A stretch of DNA of 64,000 nucleotides from Macrostomum lignano (GCA_002269645.1 NIVC01003963.1:1-64000); one strand, 5' to 3'. Counted from the stretch's first letter, positions 33,737 through 45,524 are shown. Notes: generated from the sequence alone by a model not told the origin. Program-made: numbers and translations.

Positions 33737-35831
33737 TCAAACTGCCGTTAGCAGCGTGCGCTGCTTTCGATTGACTGACATCACATTAACGGCAGCTGGA
33801 AACTTGCCAACAATCGTTGGATTGTTAGAAATATTCTCAGCCCTGGCATCTCCATCTGCAGTCGCTCTTTGACACCTCCTGAGACATTTCGTCCACCTCA
33901 GACGGCCGGGATTCAACAGTCGAGCCGCGTCGTGACGATAATTGGGCACGCAAAGCAGTAGCAGCAGACAGTTGGTCAGCGGCTGCACGGCCGAGCACAA
34001 CCGACCAATGAACAGGCGCCACTCGTCGTTCGTTGGGCGGTAGAACTAAAAGCATTATTGCAAGGCGAATTCAAAAAGATGCGAAAATCTATGCGAGACA
34101 AATATAATTGTCGAATTTGATAAAGAAAAAAGTACTAGCCATTGGAGTGTAAAACTTGAGCGAAATTTCAGCTATCCGGATCTCTCTAATTCATTTCCTG
34201 CGAGTTCTGTGACTTCTGTGGATGTTAGAACCTTTCAGAAACGTGTCACTTATCACAATACTTAAAGTTGAAGTTACATGTACATCCTGCTACTGCCATC
34301 GCTCCTTGCTTTTGTTAGTCTTCTAATAGATCCATGTATTAAAAAACTCGCGTCAGTGACAAGTAACTTGAACTCTTTGTCAAGCGTCTTTCTCACCTGC
34401 CCCAGATCCCTGGCACCAGATGCCTGCGCAGCCAGGCTGGCAGACAGAAACCTAACGTACATGATGCAGCTGTGCACAGCGCTCGGCGACTGCAGAGCCG
34501 CGTAGGTCAGCGAGCAAGCCAACAGGGACTGGCTGACGCTGCGAAACAGGCGCCTGTCAATGATGTGATAGTCCAGGCTTTTGCTGCAGGTGTACTGTAA
34601 ACAACCATCCGAATTCGTATCGACATTACGTCGGCGTCGACCGAAACGGGAACAACGCCACAAGTGTCGATAACCGGAGCTCGCTGCCCACAAAACGACA
34701 AACAGCGGCGCAAGGTCACCAATAAGTAGGTCGGTGAGTGGCCACAGCCAGGTGGTGAAGAGCTCCGTCACTGGCCAGGTGGCACCCCAGCCACAGTGAT
34801 AAACTCTATCGAATTCACCACTAGAGCTTTCTTTAACTAGCGCCAGCGTCCACAGGTGATGACCATTGATTAACACGAGAATTACGCACATAAGTATGAG
34901 ACTGTTCTTCACCCACTCAGCGCTGTATCGCTCAACACAACGCAGTGGTCGCACAACTAACCGTCTAGCATCAACGGCCATGGCGATTTGTAGCATCGCC
35001 TTGAAATGGTACAGAATTGAGTAAAGCATGTTCATCAATTGGCAAGCCGACTCGTCCATCATCATCAGAGACAAGGTCAGCCTCATGTCGAAGACCGACT
35101 GCAGCCATAAGTCTAACTGGCGGTAGTATAAAATGATCGTGTCAACAGCGCTAAGAACAACCAGGTAGAAGCAAACCGGCAGCTGTCTATCGCAGTAGCC
35201 AATGGCCACCCGGGCATTCAGCAGGTTCAACAATGTGCCAACCAGCACAAGTATGAGGGGTAAAGCGCAATTCGCCTGCAAGATGCTTTCGTCGATGAAG
35301 TCACCAGCGCAGATGTCAGCAGCCTGCAGTTGCTGTTCGGCAACTACTGCCCAAGTCGGCGGTTGTGTAGTGGTGGCATTGCCTACCCCTCGGAGTTGAC
35401 CGCCAGCTGAAATGGGATTAAATATGAAGATTGTTCGTTTGCAGAAATGATCGGGCACTGTAGCAAATCTATAGGCGACAGTCAATCTACACAGACAGTG
35501 ATGATCGGCAAGCAGTCACGCAAGAGACACACGTGTGCGACCTGAGAATCATTGGTTAATGGACCTAACCAAAGTTATAGCTTGTATACAAAAGATTGTG
35601 CAGAAATGGAATTGTTATAAAAGGAAGTCAAATAAGTACAGTAATTTGATACCTGTGTGTACTCGTAGATAAGAAAAATTCGGGGCATTTTCGAAAGAAA
35701 CCTACGGTAGCCTTGTGTAACAATGCCCTTATTTGTACAAACAAAACTATGAGGGCATTACCTGGGTAGTGACGTCTTCTGCTTGCCCTCCTTTCTAATC
35801 TTTCATCTGTCATCCTCGCGCTCTCCATCAT
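33737..35831 (-). CDS. Orphan class A (rhodopsin-like) GPCR, ~462 aa. Exons complement(35762..35831, 34397..35406, 33737..34045)
   Basis: Seven hydrophobic segments after splicing; TM1 GTLLN, TM2 YLVVLSAVD, TM3 Cys (ESACQ) and AMAVDARR at the DRY position, ECL2 Cys (YHCGW). TM7/helix 8 (QPLTNCLLLLLCVPNYR) lies in the last exon, joined in phase 0 via cag|gtgaga and ttttag|ttc. First exon joins in phase 1 but the true start is uncertain. Confidence 0.8.
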
Positions 35832-37329
35832 ATTTTTGGCTAAACCAACTGCACTGCAGGCCTTTGCCGACTGTTTACTGACAGACCCGCGGCTGGATTC
35901 ATATACTATGAATATTAGTAACCTTTTGCCATTTCAGTCGATGACTGCATGCGCTGTGGCACACATTATGTGAGTGTACGGTAATATTCTCGTGGACAAC
36001 TGCAGTAGAAGGATCCTATAATCTCACAATTTGTGCAAATTTCCTGGATTACGAGCTCATTCATCTATGGTGTAAACTCTGGGGCTGATCTTGCTCCTCT
36101 GCAGCAGTTGCAAATGAGGCTATGCGCCGGCCTTGCTACCATAGACAAAAGCTCCGTCACACTGGCAAATGTATCTTGGATTAAATTCAATGCGCGTAGG
36201 CCCAAATGGCTGCAAAATGCTATGGCTACTAGAGTATCTAGATAAGTAGTCTTAGAAAAATATATGAAAATATGAAAGTATAAATATATTATTGAAAACC
36301 CTGTTTAATTTGATTAACTGGCCTAAACTTCCCGTCGGTTTAAAAACCAGATTTCATTGTTATGCTATCAACATCGGGCAATGAGTTTGTGGCCGATGAA
36401 TACTTTGCCGCGTTCATCAAGTTTTTAGAGAATGGTCCGATGGAATAAGAAGACTTAGAGAAGATGAAGAATTGCCATTCTCCACCGAAGAGCCAGCGAT
36501 GTTAGCATAATCTCTTCCTATCTCTTCTCTTCCTAGCAAGACTCGTGTCGGCCCATGGCTCGAGTTTTGTGAACGCTTACATTTCCGGCGCTAATCGACC
36601 TTTTCGTACTTCAAAGTTTCGTAAAACTGCCGATGCGACTCAGGGACTGGGAGAAGGGGCCGAGAGCATTCGGCTAGCTTGGAGTCAAATAATTAGCTGG
36701 AAAAAGTGATAGCTGGCTCCAATCATTTTTACCCATACTTCACACCTAAACAGACATGATTGCTTATTTTGGAATGCGCGAAATTCTAGGTGGTCTCCAG
36801 TGAGATTAACACGATTTGCAACTGTATCAGATAGAGTCCTTCTATCCTCGGTTGTCCATGAGTATAGTTCAGAATATGCAGCTTAATAGTCTCTTGTCGA
36901 AATTCAGAACCAGAACAGAACTTTAGAAAATTTTCCTTTCTCTTTTATAAAAGATAAAAAAACGACTTATGAATTATGAGACTCAGCCCAAACAAACAAA
37001 ACAAAATACTCGTACAAGTATGCAGTTTTAAAATTGTATTAGCAAAGTAGAAAATAAAATAATTGTCTTTAAATAGAAACATACATTACCTCAAGACAAC
37101 TTTACGGGTACATGTAATAACGACATTTTACGACTTCGGTGAAAATCTATCCAGTGGGTTTTCATACAGCTAATTTGAATTTGCCAACGAAATGCATGTT
37201 TATAGCTGCAGCTTGAAGGCGAGCAGTCCCAAGCAATTTGGTTTTAAAGTTTATTGTCTCTCTTGCACTTTTTTGGCTAATTAATTCACGAAATTATTTC
37301 TCTGCTGCGGCAGCCAAGAGCTTGTTGCG

Positions 37330-38510
37330 GGTCGACCTGCACCTACAAGTACATGCTCGCTGCATCCGGCTGTTCTGCACGTACTCATTCACAGCTGCTC
37401 ATCCAGAGGAGGCACGAGTGTTCTTGACCTCCTAGCTGGGCAGCTGGAGGAAGTGCCAAACCGGGACACACTGGTGGTGCTTGGAGACCTAGTTCTTTTG
37501 TCACCGGACGCGAGAACGCCAACACGGTCACGCTGAAGTTACCTGCTAAACTGGCTAGATCTAGTGTCCACTAACACCCAGTTCCACAAGCCTTCCTCCT
37601 GCCTGGTCACTTAATTTGCGCTCTGCAAGAGGAGGCGGCAGGATGCACGTGGGCGGAACGCGGAGGGAACGCCACTCGATCGCTTACTGCGTTACTAACT
37701 GCGACACAGGGGGGGGGGCGTAGCCCAGCGGTCTAGCGCAGGCTCTGGTGTGCCAGCGACCCAGGCTCGATTCCAAGTGCAGTCACATTAATTTGGGGCT
37801 GAATTGGAATCTCGGCTTGGCTCTGCTCGTGCAATTAACGGCCTTGAGAGCCAACCCCCCAAGGTGCAGTGAAGTGTACATGCCTAACGATAAAATAAAG
37901 TTAGGGCCGCTGTACACTCCTGTGTGAGTGTGTGCCTGCGTACGTATCCGCGCGCTTGTATGCCTGCTCAGGGGAGTCGGCGGAATGGGCAGAAATGCCT
38001 CTCGCCGGTTGTGTGCCTATGTGGCTTAAAGTGCGCCAGGGTGCACACAACCCCCCTGTCTCTAATAAAAAAACTGCGACACCATGGCATCGCGCTTGGC
38101 GATCAGCGCGAGGCGTTGGGATACACAGACATCAGCGCTGCCGTGAGAGCGGTTTATGAACAGACGGTCCCACTGATGCGATCTGCACAACGACCCTGCC
38201 TATCTGGTAGAGCGACCCCACCCTCGGGCGGACGCGTCTACCTTTGTGAATTGTGCGACTTCCTCTCGTCAGCATCGTGAACGCGCTAGAGCCGCCTATG
38301 CTCATCAACTTCTCGCTCCCGCCAGACACGCCGCTACAAGCCAAGGAGGACTTCTGCAGCAACTTAGTTACCAAGAAGTTCCCAAGACTTCCCAAGTAGT
38401 AGCAAGCGTGTTGAACTGCGTGCTTACTGGCACTCCCGCATCCACTGAGTGGAACACAGGGCACATTGTGACTATCCCGAAGAAGTCCGGGACAAAGCGG
38501 AAAGACAAGG
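37330..38510 (+). mobile_element. Degenerate RTE-like non-LTR retrotransposon fragment (APE endonuclease and N-terminal RT remnants), interrupted by a SINE
   Basis: ctggtggtgcttggagacct = LVVLGDL; EWNTGHIVTIPKK resembles the pre-RT W..S.I..IPKK motif; frameshifted. Confidence 0.5.
37708..38071 (+). mobile_element. tRNA-derived SINE, copy 1
   Basis: A box TAGCCCAGCGG and B box GGCTCGATTCC; A-rich tail ctaataaaaaa; 11-bp TSD AACTGCGACAC (37697-37707 / 38072-38082). Confidence 0.85.
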
Positions 38511-38697
38511 AAATCTCACCCATGAGGGCCAACCCCAAGGCACAAGAAGTGTACATGACAGGATCAGGATCAGGATCAGGATCAGTTGTGATCGAAAAAC
38601 AATGTGGTTGAAGGCGTTGCGCCAGGTTGCTTATACAGCCCTCCTGTGCATATTTATTATTTGGACGATTTTTACAGACATTTCCGTCCCAGTAGTG

Positions 38698-38910
38698 CAG
38701 GGGTCGACAAACTGCGGCCCTCGGGTCATTAGAAACTTCACAATATTAATCCGGCCAGCTCAAGGATTGTGTCTCTTCTCAGCTTCCTTCTCTATAATCT
38801 CCTCTCCCTTCTCTTTCTCTTTCTCTCTTCTTTCTCCCTTTCTCCGGCCCGCAGTCATGCGCTGGGTTCTCTATCTGGCCATTGAGGTAAAAAAAGTTAG
38901 CCGACCCTTT
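38698..38910. mobile_element. Charlie/hAT-like MITE, short copy with CT-rich interior
   Basis: Ends caggggtcgacaaac ... gttagccgaccctt; internal aaacttcacaatattaatccggcc is the reverse complement of the block at 57650-57673. TSD not clear. Confidence 0.6.
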
Positions 38911-39042
38911 CCAGACTACGGTTGAAAGTTAAAAGCTCCGATCTACAACCCCAGTGTCACATTCCTTGTATTTAGCGCGGTCAGTGCGATGTACTCTTAC
39001 TATTCCCTTACTAATTCCCTTACTAATGCCAAATTGACTCAC

Positions 39043-39315
39043 CGACTGCCAGCTCTTCGTCCTCCAACTGCAGTCCCCGAGTCCACATTACGCAATAGTA
39101 GTCAGTAAGCCTCTCCGGGCAGAACATGCCGTCACTCTTGTAAAAACATCCGGAATTGATAGCGGCAAACTTGCTAGTGCTGTTGCGCAATCGCCTGTCC
39201 AGCTCGTCTGGTGACTCCGGCGCGTGTCCGGACTTGCTGGCCCGGAACCGGATGCGACCTCCGCCGCCGCCTCCGCGACCCATCCTGATACTTGACTCTG
39301 GATGGACAATTCACT
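39043..39315 (-). other. Putative unassigned exon (possibly an upstream exon of the GPCR gene)
   Basis: Acceptor ttttag| at 39316 and donor |gtgagt at 39042; GC-rich; ATG at 39283 opens MGRGGGG..EELAV with phase-1 exit. Confidence 0.3.
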
Positions 39316-39734
39316 CTAAAACTAAAAACAATCCTTGAACAAAGTCTCTATCCAATGCAATAAACCAGCTGGGTTAAGCTACAGCATATATGTGTATATA
39401 TAGACTTGCACGCACCGTGTGCGGGCTTTAGCTATATCCAGTTTATCGTCCCAACTCTTCCCTCCACCCCGTTTCCCATTCGATCAGCATCCCCTCTCCT
39501 TCCTCCTCTGTCTCTCAGCCCCTGTAGAGGCAGCGAATACCGAGGCTCTTCCCTGTTGGAAACGAAGGGTTTGCTATAGCAATATTTTATTCACCCAGAA
39601 CCCCCGGAAAATGTGTGCGCTGCAGCTGGACAAAAAACACTATGATTTAAAAAATCCAACTGCATGAAGTTACAGAAAGCTGGGAAAAAATGTTGTTTTC
39701 ATTGCAAAAGTTTTCGCTCCACATCTGCTTGTCT

Positions 39735-40095
39735 TTTATTAGAGGCAGGGGGGGGGCTGTGTGCACCCTGGCGCACTTTAAGCGACATAGGCACACAACC
39801 GGCGAGAGGCATTACTTCCCATTCCGCCGACTCCCCTGAGCAGGCATACAAGCGCGCGGATACGTACGCAGGCACACACTCACACAGGAGTGTACAGCGG
39901 CCCTAACTTTATATTATCGTTAGGCATGTACACTTCACTGCGCCTTGGGGGTTGGCTCTCAAGGCCGTTAATTGCACGAGCAGAGCCAAGCCGAGATTCC
40001 AATTCAGCCCCAAATTAATGTGACTGCACTTGGAATCGAGCCTGGGTCGCTGGCACACCAGAGCCTGCGCTAGACCGCTGGGCTACGGCCCCCCT
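39735..40095 (-). mobile_element. tRNA-derived SINE, copy 2 (inverted relative to copy 1)
   Basis: Near-identical reverse complement of 37708-38071; 13-bp TSD CATCTGCTTGTCT (39722-39734 / 40096-40108). Confidence 0.88.
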
Positions 40096-40669
40096 CATCT
40101 GCTTGTCTGTAAATTTAGAAAAGTACACATGAATCGCTTCTTACTGAATTGCGGAACACAATCAATGTCTCTTTCCTGATGTTGCTTTGAATGCGCTCAT
40201 TTCTGCCGTCTTAACGAAAGAACTGTACGTCCTTTACTGACATTTACAAGTGGTTTCTACTCGAAACAGAAATCGTCTGGATTACAATTTTTTCTTTATT
40301 TGCTCAGTGCATTTCTGTCAATCAGATGTTGACCGAATCATTATCGATATAGCTAATATACGCTCGCAGATATCTCTCTTTTAATGGTTAAGTTAGCTGA
40401 TTACAAGAAGTACGTTCATTATGTCGATTTTTAAAAGGCCACTAGAGTTTATCTATGTTTGAAGGAATATCGCTTGAATATACAGTAGGGTTCCTGTGAC
40501 CCATTTTAACTAATTTATAATAGCGATTTTCGGTGTTGGTTGCACCAAAAAAGGTCACATTATATATGACGTATTTACATGATATTTACATGCACGTTAT
40601 GACACACATGCCACCCAATCAAAACTTTTAAAAGCCCAAACAACTGCTGAAGTAGAAGGATGTAGGCTA

Positions 40670-41320
40670 TGCTGGATTTTCTTAGACTTGACTTATGCTT
40701 GGATTTTCTTAGAAATGGGCTGGTAAGGAACTTATGCTTGGATTTTCTTAGAAATGGGCTGGTAAGGAACTTATGCTTGGATTTTTTTAGAAATGGGCTG
40801 GTAAGGAACTTATGCTTGGATTTTCTTAGAAATGGGCTGGTCAGGAATTTATGTTTGTATTTTCTTAGAAATGGGCAGGTAAGGAACTTATGTTTGGATT
40901 TTCTTAGAAATGGGCTGGTAAGGAACTTATGTTTGGATTTTCTTAGAAATGGGCTGGTAAGGAATTTATGTTTGGATTTTCTTAGAAATGGGCAGGTAAG
41001 GAACTTAAGCTTGGATTTTCTTAGAAATGGGCTGGTAAGGAATTTATGTCTGGATTTTCTTAGAAATGGGCAGGTAAGGAACTTATGCTTGGATTTTCTT
41101 AGAAATGGGCTGGTAAGGAACTTATGTTTGTATTTTCTTAGAAATGGGCAGGTAAGGAACTTATGTTTGGATTTTCTTAGAAATGGGCTGGTAAGGAACT
41201 TATGTTTGGATTTTCTTAGAAATGGGCAGGTAAGGAACTTATGTTTGGATTTTCTTAGAAATGGGCAGGTAAGGAACTTATGTTTGATTTTTTTAGAAAT
41301 GGGTAGGTAAGGAACTTGTG
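40670..41320. repeat. 39-bp minisatellite TTGGATTTTCTTAGAAATGGGC(A/T)GGTAAGGAACTTATG(C/T), ~16 copies
   Basis: Direct reading; 13-aa periodicity in the ORF track. Confidence 0.95.
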
Positions 41321-42717
41321 TTTGTCGTATTACCGGCATTCAACTTATTTCTAAGAAAATTCAGTGTTTCGTCGTTCTAATGAATTTGGACATCTAGATC
41401 CTCTGCTCTGCTTTTACTGTAAGATGTTTATATCGATGCAGTTTATTTTGGCAACACTATACAATTCTGCGGAAAAAATTCCTCGCTTGAATAACCAGAG
41501 ATTATTTATGGGTCAGACTCTATCATAGTGCCGCGATAAATTTTGCAACCATGCGGATAAACCATAATAAACAAAACGCCCATTAGTTGTATGTCCCAAT
41601 TCAGCGTCAACAGCAGCATCTCATGCTCGGGTTGTCTTCTTCTCCTTCAATCTGTGGTTGGATGACAGCTATTATTTATAGTGTATGCGAATTTTAATAG
41701 CTTCAAGGTCAATCAATTGACGACCTTATTGATTGAAATCGTTCTCCAGCGCTCACAAAAGCTTCATGTAAACTTGAAACAGTCGAATTCAACAGCCCGA
41801 AAAAAAACAAAAATCGAAGTTCCGTCATGTGTGCCGTGAAGCAGCTGGCATCTGATATACTTCCGTTGTTGCTGCTACATGCATGAAGTTGCTGCTGAAT
41901 GGTGAGAAACCCTAACAGTTCTGGACACTGCAAGTCAGCCTCTACCCAGCCAGTCAGATACATCCACGGTAGCTATGCAGCACAGCACTCCGATTCTGGT
42001 ATTGATCTCAGCGCGGGATCTTTCTCGATCCCAATTCTCTCAATCCCAATTGCCCTTCCCTATTCCTTGGCAAATTGATTTCCTATTTGCCTGTAGCCAA
42101 GAAGCATCAAGTGGATAGGGTTTCTTAGTTTTTTAATCGAATTATAATTACTTTGCTATATACTGTGTTCCATCGCCTGCTCACCGAGCTAACCCATGCA
42201 AGATGAAAAGCCTTGAGTATACTCCTACATATAGTTCGTATGTACACACACTGTGCACACACCACCAAGGCTGGAATGCTCAAATTGACGAAAAAATAAG
42301 CCACAAAAACACAAAGAAGTTTTATTGCTCACTTCTTTCCGCAAAGAAACGAACTGTAAAAAGCAGAACACACTTTGACCTGGAGAAGCTGAAAGACGAG
42401 AACATCAGGGACAAATTCCAGAGTGAACTTGCATCGAGATTTGCACCTCTGCTACAACTCGCAAAAGACCAACATTCACGAATAATAGGATATGACAGCG
42501 GAAGCAGCAAGGAAAGTTCTGGGGAAGCACTGAAGAATCCAGAAAGCCGTGGATCATCAAAGAGGTCCTAGCGACGTAAGCTACGAAGCAAAAGACATGA
42601 GGGAGAGAAACAGCTGTAAACGAGTACAGAAAAGAAAACAAAGAAGTGCGAAGGCAATTGAGAAAAGGGAAAGAAGAATGGGTAGAGGAACATTAAGCTA
42701 GGCTGGTGGAAAGCAAC

Positions 42718-43817
42718 AACCGCCGTAAAGACGGTCTCTGACTGTTTTTACCCTGGCTGCCTCTCTGGCGGCATTTCTCGGGTTGTGCGCAATCCAATAA
42801 GAGTCCTCACCGGAGGTGATGTACTCATCTAAAAATAACCCTATTTTTTCTTTCCAATTAATTTTTCGGCCCTCGGCCTTGGTTTAGGGGGTGTACCTGG
42901 AGTGAGTGCATACTCTGGACTGCAGTGTGGCTAGAACGCGACTTGAGCCCCCCGGTTGCACCCGCCCTGCAGGAAAGAAAATGACCATTCACAAAGGTGT
43001 ACGGTAGAGCCCAGTTAGCATGCCAGCCCTGAGGCTGAGCCCCGAGTTTAGGGTTCAGGTGCTCCTCCCTTTGTTTTTTATCCCCTTTGTGTTTTATCAT
43101 ATCTTTGTGCTTTTATTAATGTAAGGCCTTTGAATGCCGTTCCAAAATTCTGGAGTTATGAGCTCTGCCCGATCCCTGCCCGGTCCATCTTGCTCTGTCC
43201 TTGGTCCATCTGCTGGCTCCTCTGGTTGTCTCCCTGCCCTTGTGTCTTGGCTCTCATCCTGACAGTGGATTGAAGGGAGTTCTGGGGCTGATGTTCGTCC
43301 CGAATCGGGGATACCGGCTGAGTCCGGGTCCTCTTGCTCCTTTTGCCCCTTCCCGACCTCTTGGCCTGGCCTCCAATAGGTAGGTGATACCCTTGGGCTT
43401 GCAGCCCTGTAGGTAGTCGTAGGTCCTGCCTGACAGGAGACTCGCCCTCGGAAACAAGCCTTCCAGACTCGCTCCAAAATTAAGCCATTTCCGAGACTTC
43501 GGGTTTCCCCGCTCTCGGACCGCTTTCAGTAGTATCCCAAGTTTTTTTCCAATTCTTTTTTTGCGCACTCCCGGGACTTGTCTGCTGGGTGATGGCTTGG
43601 GTGGACTCGGTCTTAGCACCGTCCCTGATTCCACTTTTGGGTTGGCGGTGTCTTAGTCCATAGGTTTGGGTTGGCAGATTCCCCTGGCCTCGACGTCAGG
43701 GTCCAATCTCGGGGTATCTCGGGCTATATGCCCCTGGTAGTGCCCCTCAGCGGCAGAGCCCCTCCCAGGGCTGATCCGCGGGTAGCTCCCGGCTTCCCAC
43801 CCCCGTTTAGCAACAAC
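42718..43817 (+). mobile_element. SL-head family copy A: 1100-bp non-coding insertion with spliced-leader-like 5' end and CAA-type tail
   Basis: 8-bp TSD AAAGCAAC (42710-42717 / 43818-43825) whose removal restores the host RTE frame; homologous to copies B and C. Confidence 0.75.
42722..42892 (+). ncRNA. Candidate SL/snRNA-like structured RNA head
   Basis: 5' hairpin GCCGT-AAAG-ACGGT, three further hairpins, Sm-like AATTTTTCGG (42860-42869) followed by a weak stem-loop. First 23 nt match the Macrostomum SL as recalled (22/23). No AUG|GU donor. Confidence 0.4.
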
Positions 43818-45524
43818 AAAGCAACTCGAGAGAAGCTTATAAAACAATCAAGAACTTGACGGAAAGACGCAAAAAAAACATATGAATGCACGTCGAGATG
43901 AAGGCAGCTAGGTTTCAGAAAAGGACCGGAGCACTATATAGAGCAAATTACCAACTAGCGACTATATGCCAGAAATCACCAAAAGATCATCTGTCACGAT
44001 TTCATAGACTTCAAAAAGGCCTTTGAAAGCGCTGTCAAATAAAAAATCGGAGAAGACATCACAAGAGTAATTAAGCGACTGTCTGAAGAAGTATTTAGCG
44101 CGTAGAACTACATGTATGTCTGAAAAACGGTTAATGAATGACAGACACCATAGAGGAACTGCATTGAGGTCAGAATCAGCTGCGGAGGCATGAAATCAAC
44201 AACTCGAGGTTTGCAGATGACATTGATTTGATTGGCAAAGATCGAGGAAGAATGGCAGAACTGACAGCAAATCTGGACAGAATTTCAAGACAGTTTGGCA
44301 TGGAAGTCAGCAAAGAAAAGAGCAAGCTGACAATGGGACAGGGAATGATGAGGAAAATTAAGTCAGGCTATAGGGATTGTGATTGATGAAGAAGTTTAAA
44401 TATCTAGGGGCAACCATCATTGAGAATGGGACACCTCGGAGGAAAAGATCAGAATCGGAATTGAGCTCGATTTTGGTGGCTCAAAGGAGGTCGGTTTGAA
44501 AATCGCCTCAAGATCACAAAGGCGGTCACCTGGACGACACTGCGAGAGCTGGACTATGGAGAAGACAAGTATGGAGACACAAGATCAAGCGTTTGCTATG
44601 AAACGTTACAGAATGCTAAATGGTTTCATGGAAAGAGAGAAAGACAAAGGCCTAGCTGGATTTGGAGAAAAGACGGATATTGGGAAGGAACCAGAATCTG
44701 TGATCAAGCGGAGAATAAAGCTCAAATAGCTCGTATTACGGGTAGCTCGTATCAGACAAGGAATCCGAAGAGGAAGACCGAAAAGGCAGTTGGGAAGATG
44801 ACCTGAAGGAATGGACCAGTTGGACAAGAGGAGTCTAAGAAAAAGCAGCGAACAGGCAGTGTTGGTGGCGGAATATTACGAGTAGGCTGGTGCATGAATG
44901 TGGTGCATCCACGGTCATAACGGCTAACTGCTAAGAACTTTTAGCCTCGATCTGGCCCTACATGTTCATGTACATGTATGCATGCGAGCCGTTATAGGTG
45001 TCGTCACAAAATACACGTGTACACAGTATAATGCACATGATTTAGGGGGTAAATGGGGGCGGTAACTTACGCAGAGAATTAATATGCGATAACAAGCTGT
45101 ACATGTACATGTATAGACTGTATAGTAGCTAAGGTTATTGTGTCTCAGACTTTAAGTTGTAAACGACTAAGAGTGTACATTTTTCTGAAGTTACTGGGAA
45201 AAACGTTTCTTACATAAAATTTTAGGTGGATATATATACAATGTTGCAATTGTACTCCGCGTGCGTTGATCGAGACACGAATCAAACAACGAATCACTTT
45301 ACTTTTAATTAGCTTTTACATTATACCCACGTATTACGTAAGTGAAAATGCAAATGCAAATACAAATGAAAAATTTGCGATTTGCCAATGACCATCCATC
45401 GACGTCGGAAAATCATTTCTTCATGCAAGAAATGCTGCTGAAAGAGTCCGGCAAAATTTTCATTGTTACGAACTGGACAGATTTTTAACAGTAATACGTT
45501 GCTCGTGCTCATACATGTACGTAA

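Larger units (their letters stand above)
42200..44925 (+). mobile_element. Degenerate RTE-clade LINE, interrupted at 42717 by a 1.1-kb insertion
   Basis: HFDLEKLKDENIRDKFQSEL linker, KEEWVEE..SNSREAYKTIKNLT, FIDFKKAF (~44010) and RFADDIDLI..FGMEVSKEKSK (~44205-44330) RT motifs; many stops and frameshifts. Confidence 0.75.

Noticed and set aside
37716-37790. tRNA gene calls at the SINE heads (also 40020-40090)
   Set aside because: A and B boxes are present, but the acceptor stem is incomplete and each continues into a 290-bp body with A-tail and TSD, so these are SINEs.
42836-42869. TAACCCTA plus an Sm-like site as a possible telomerase RNA
   Set aside because: Only 8 nt of template-like sequence in an A/T-rich stretch, not seen in copy C, no pseudoknot or H/ACA recognised, and it sits in a TSD-flanked repeat.
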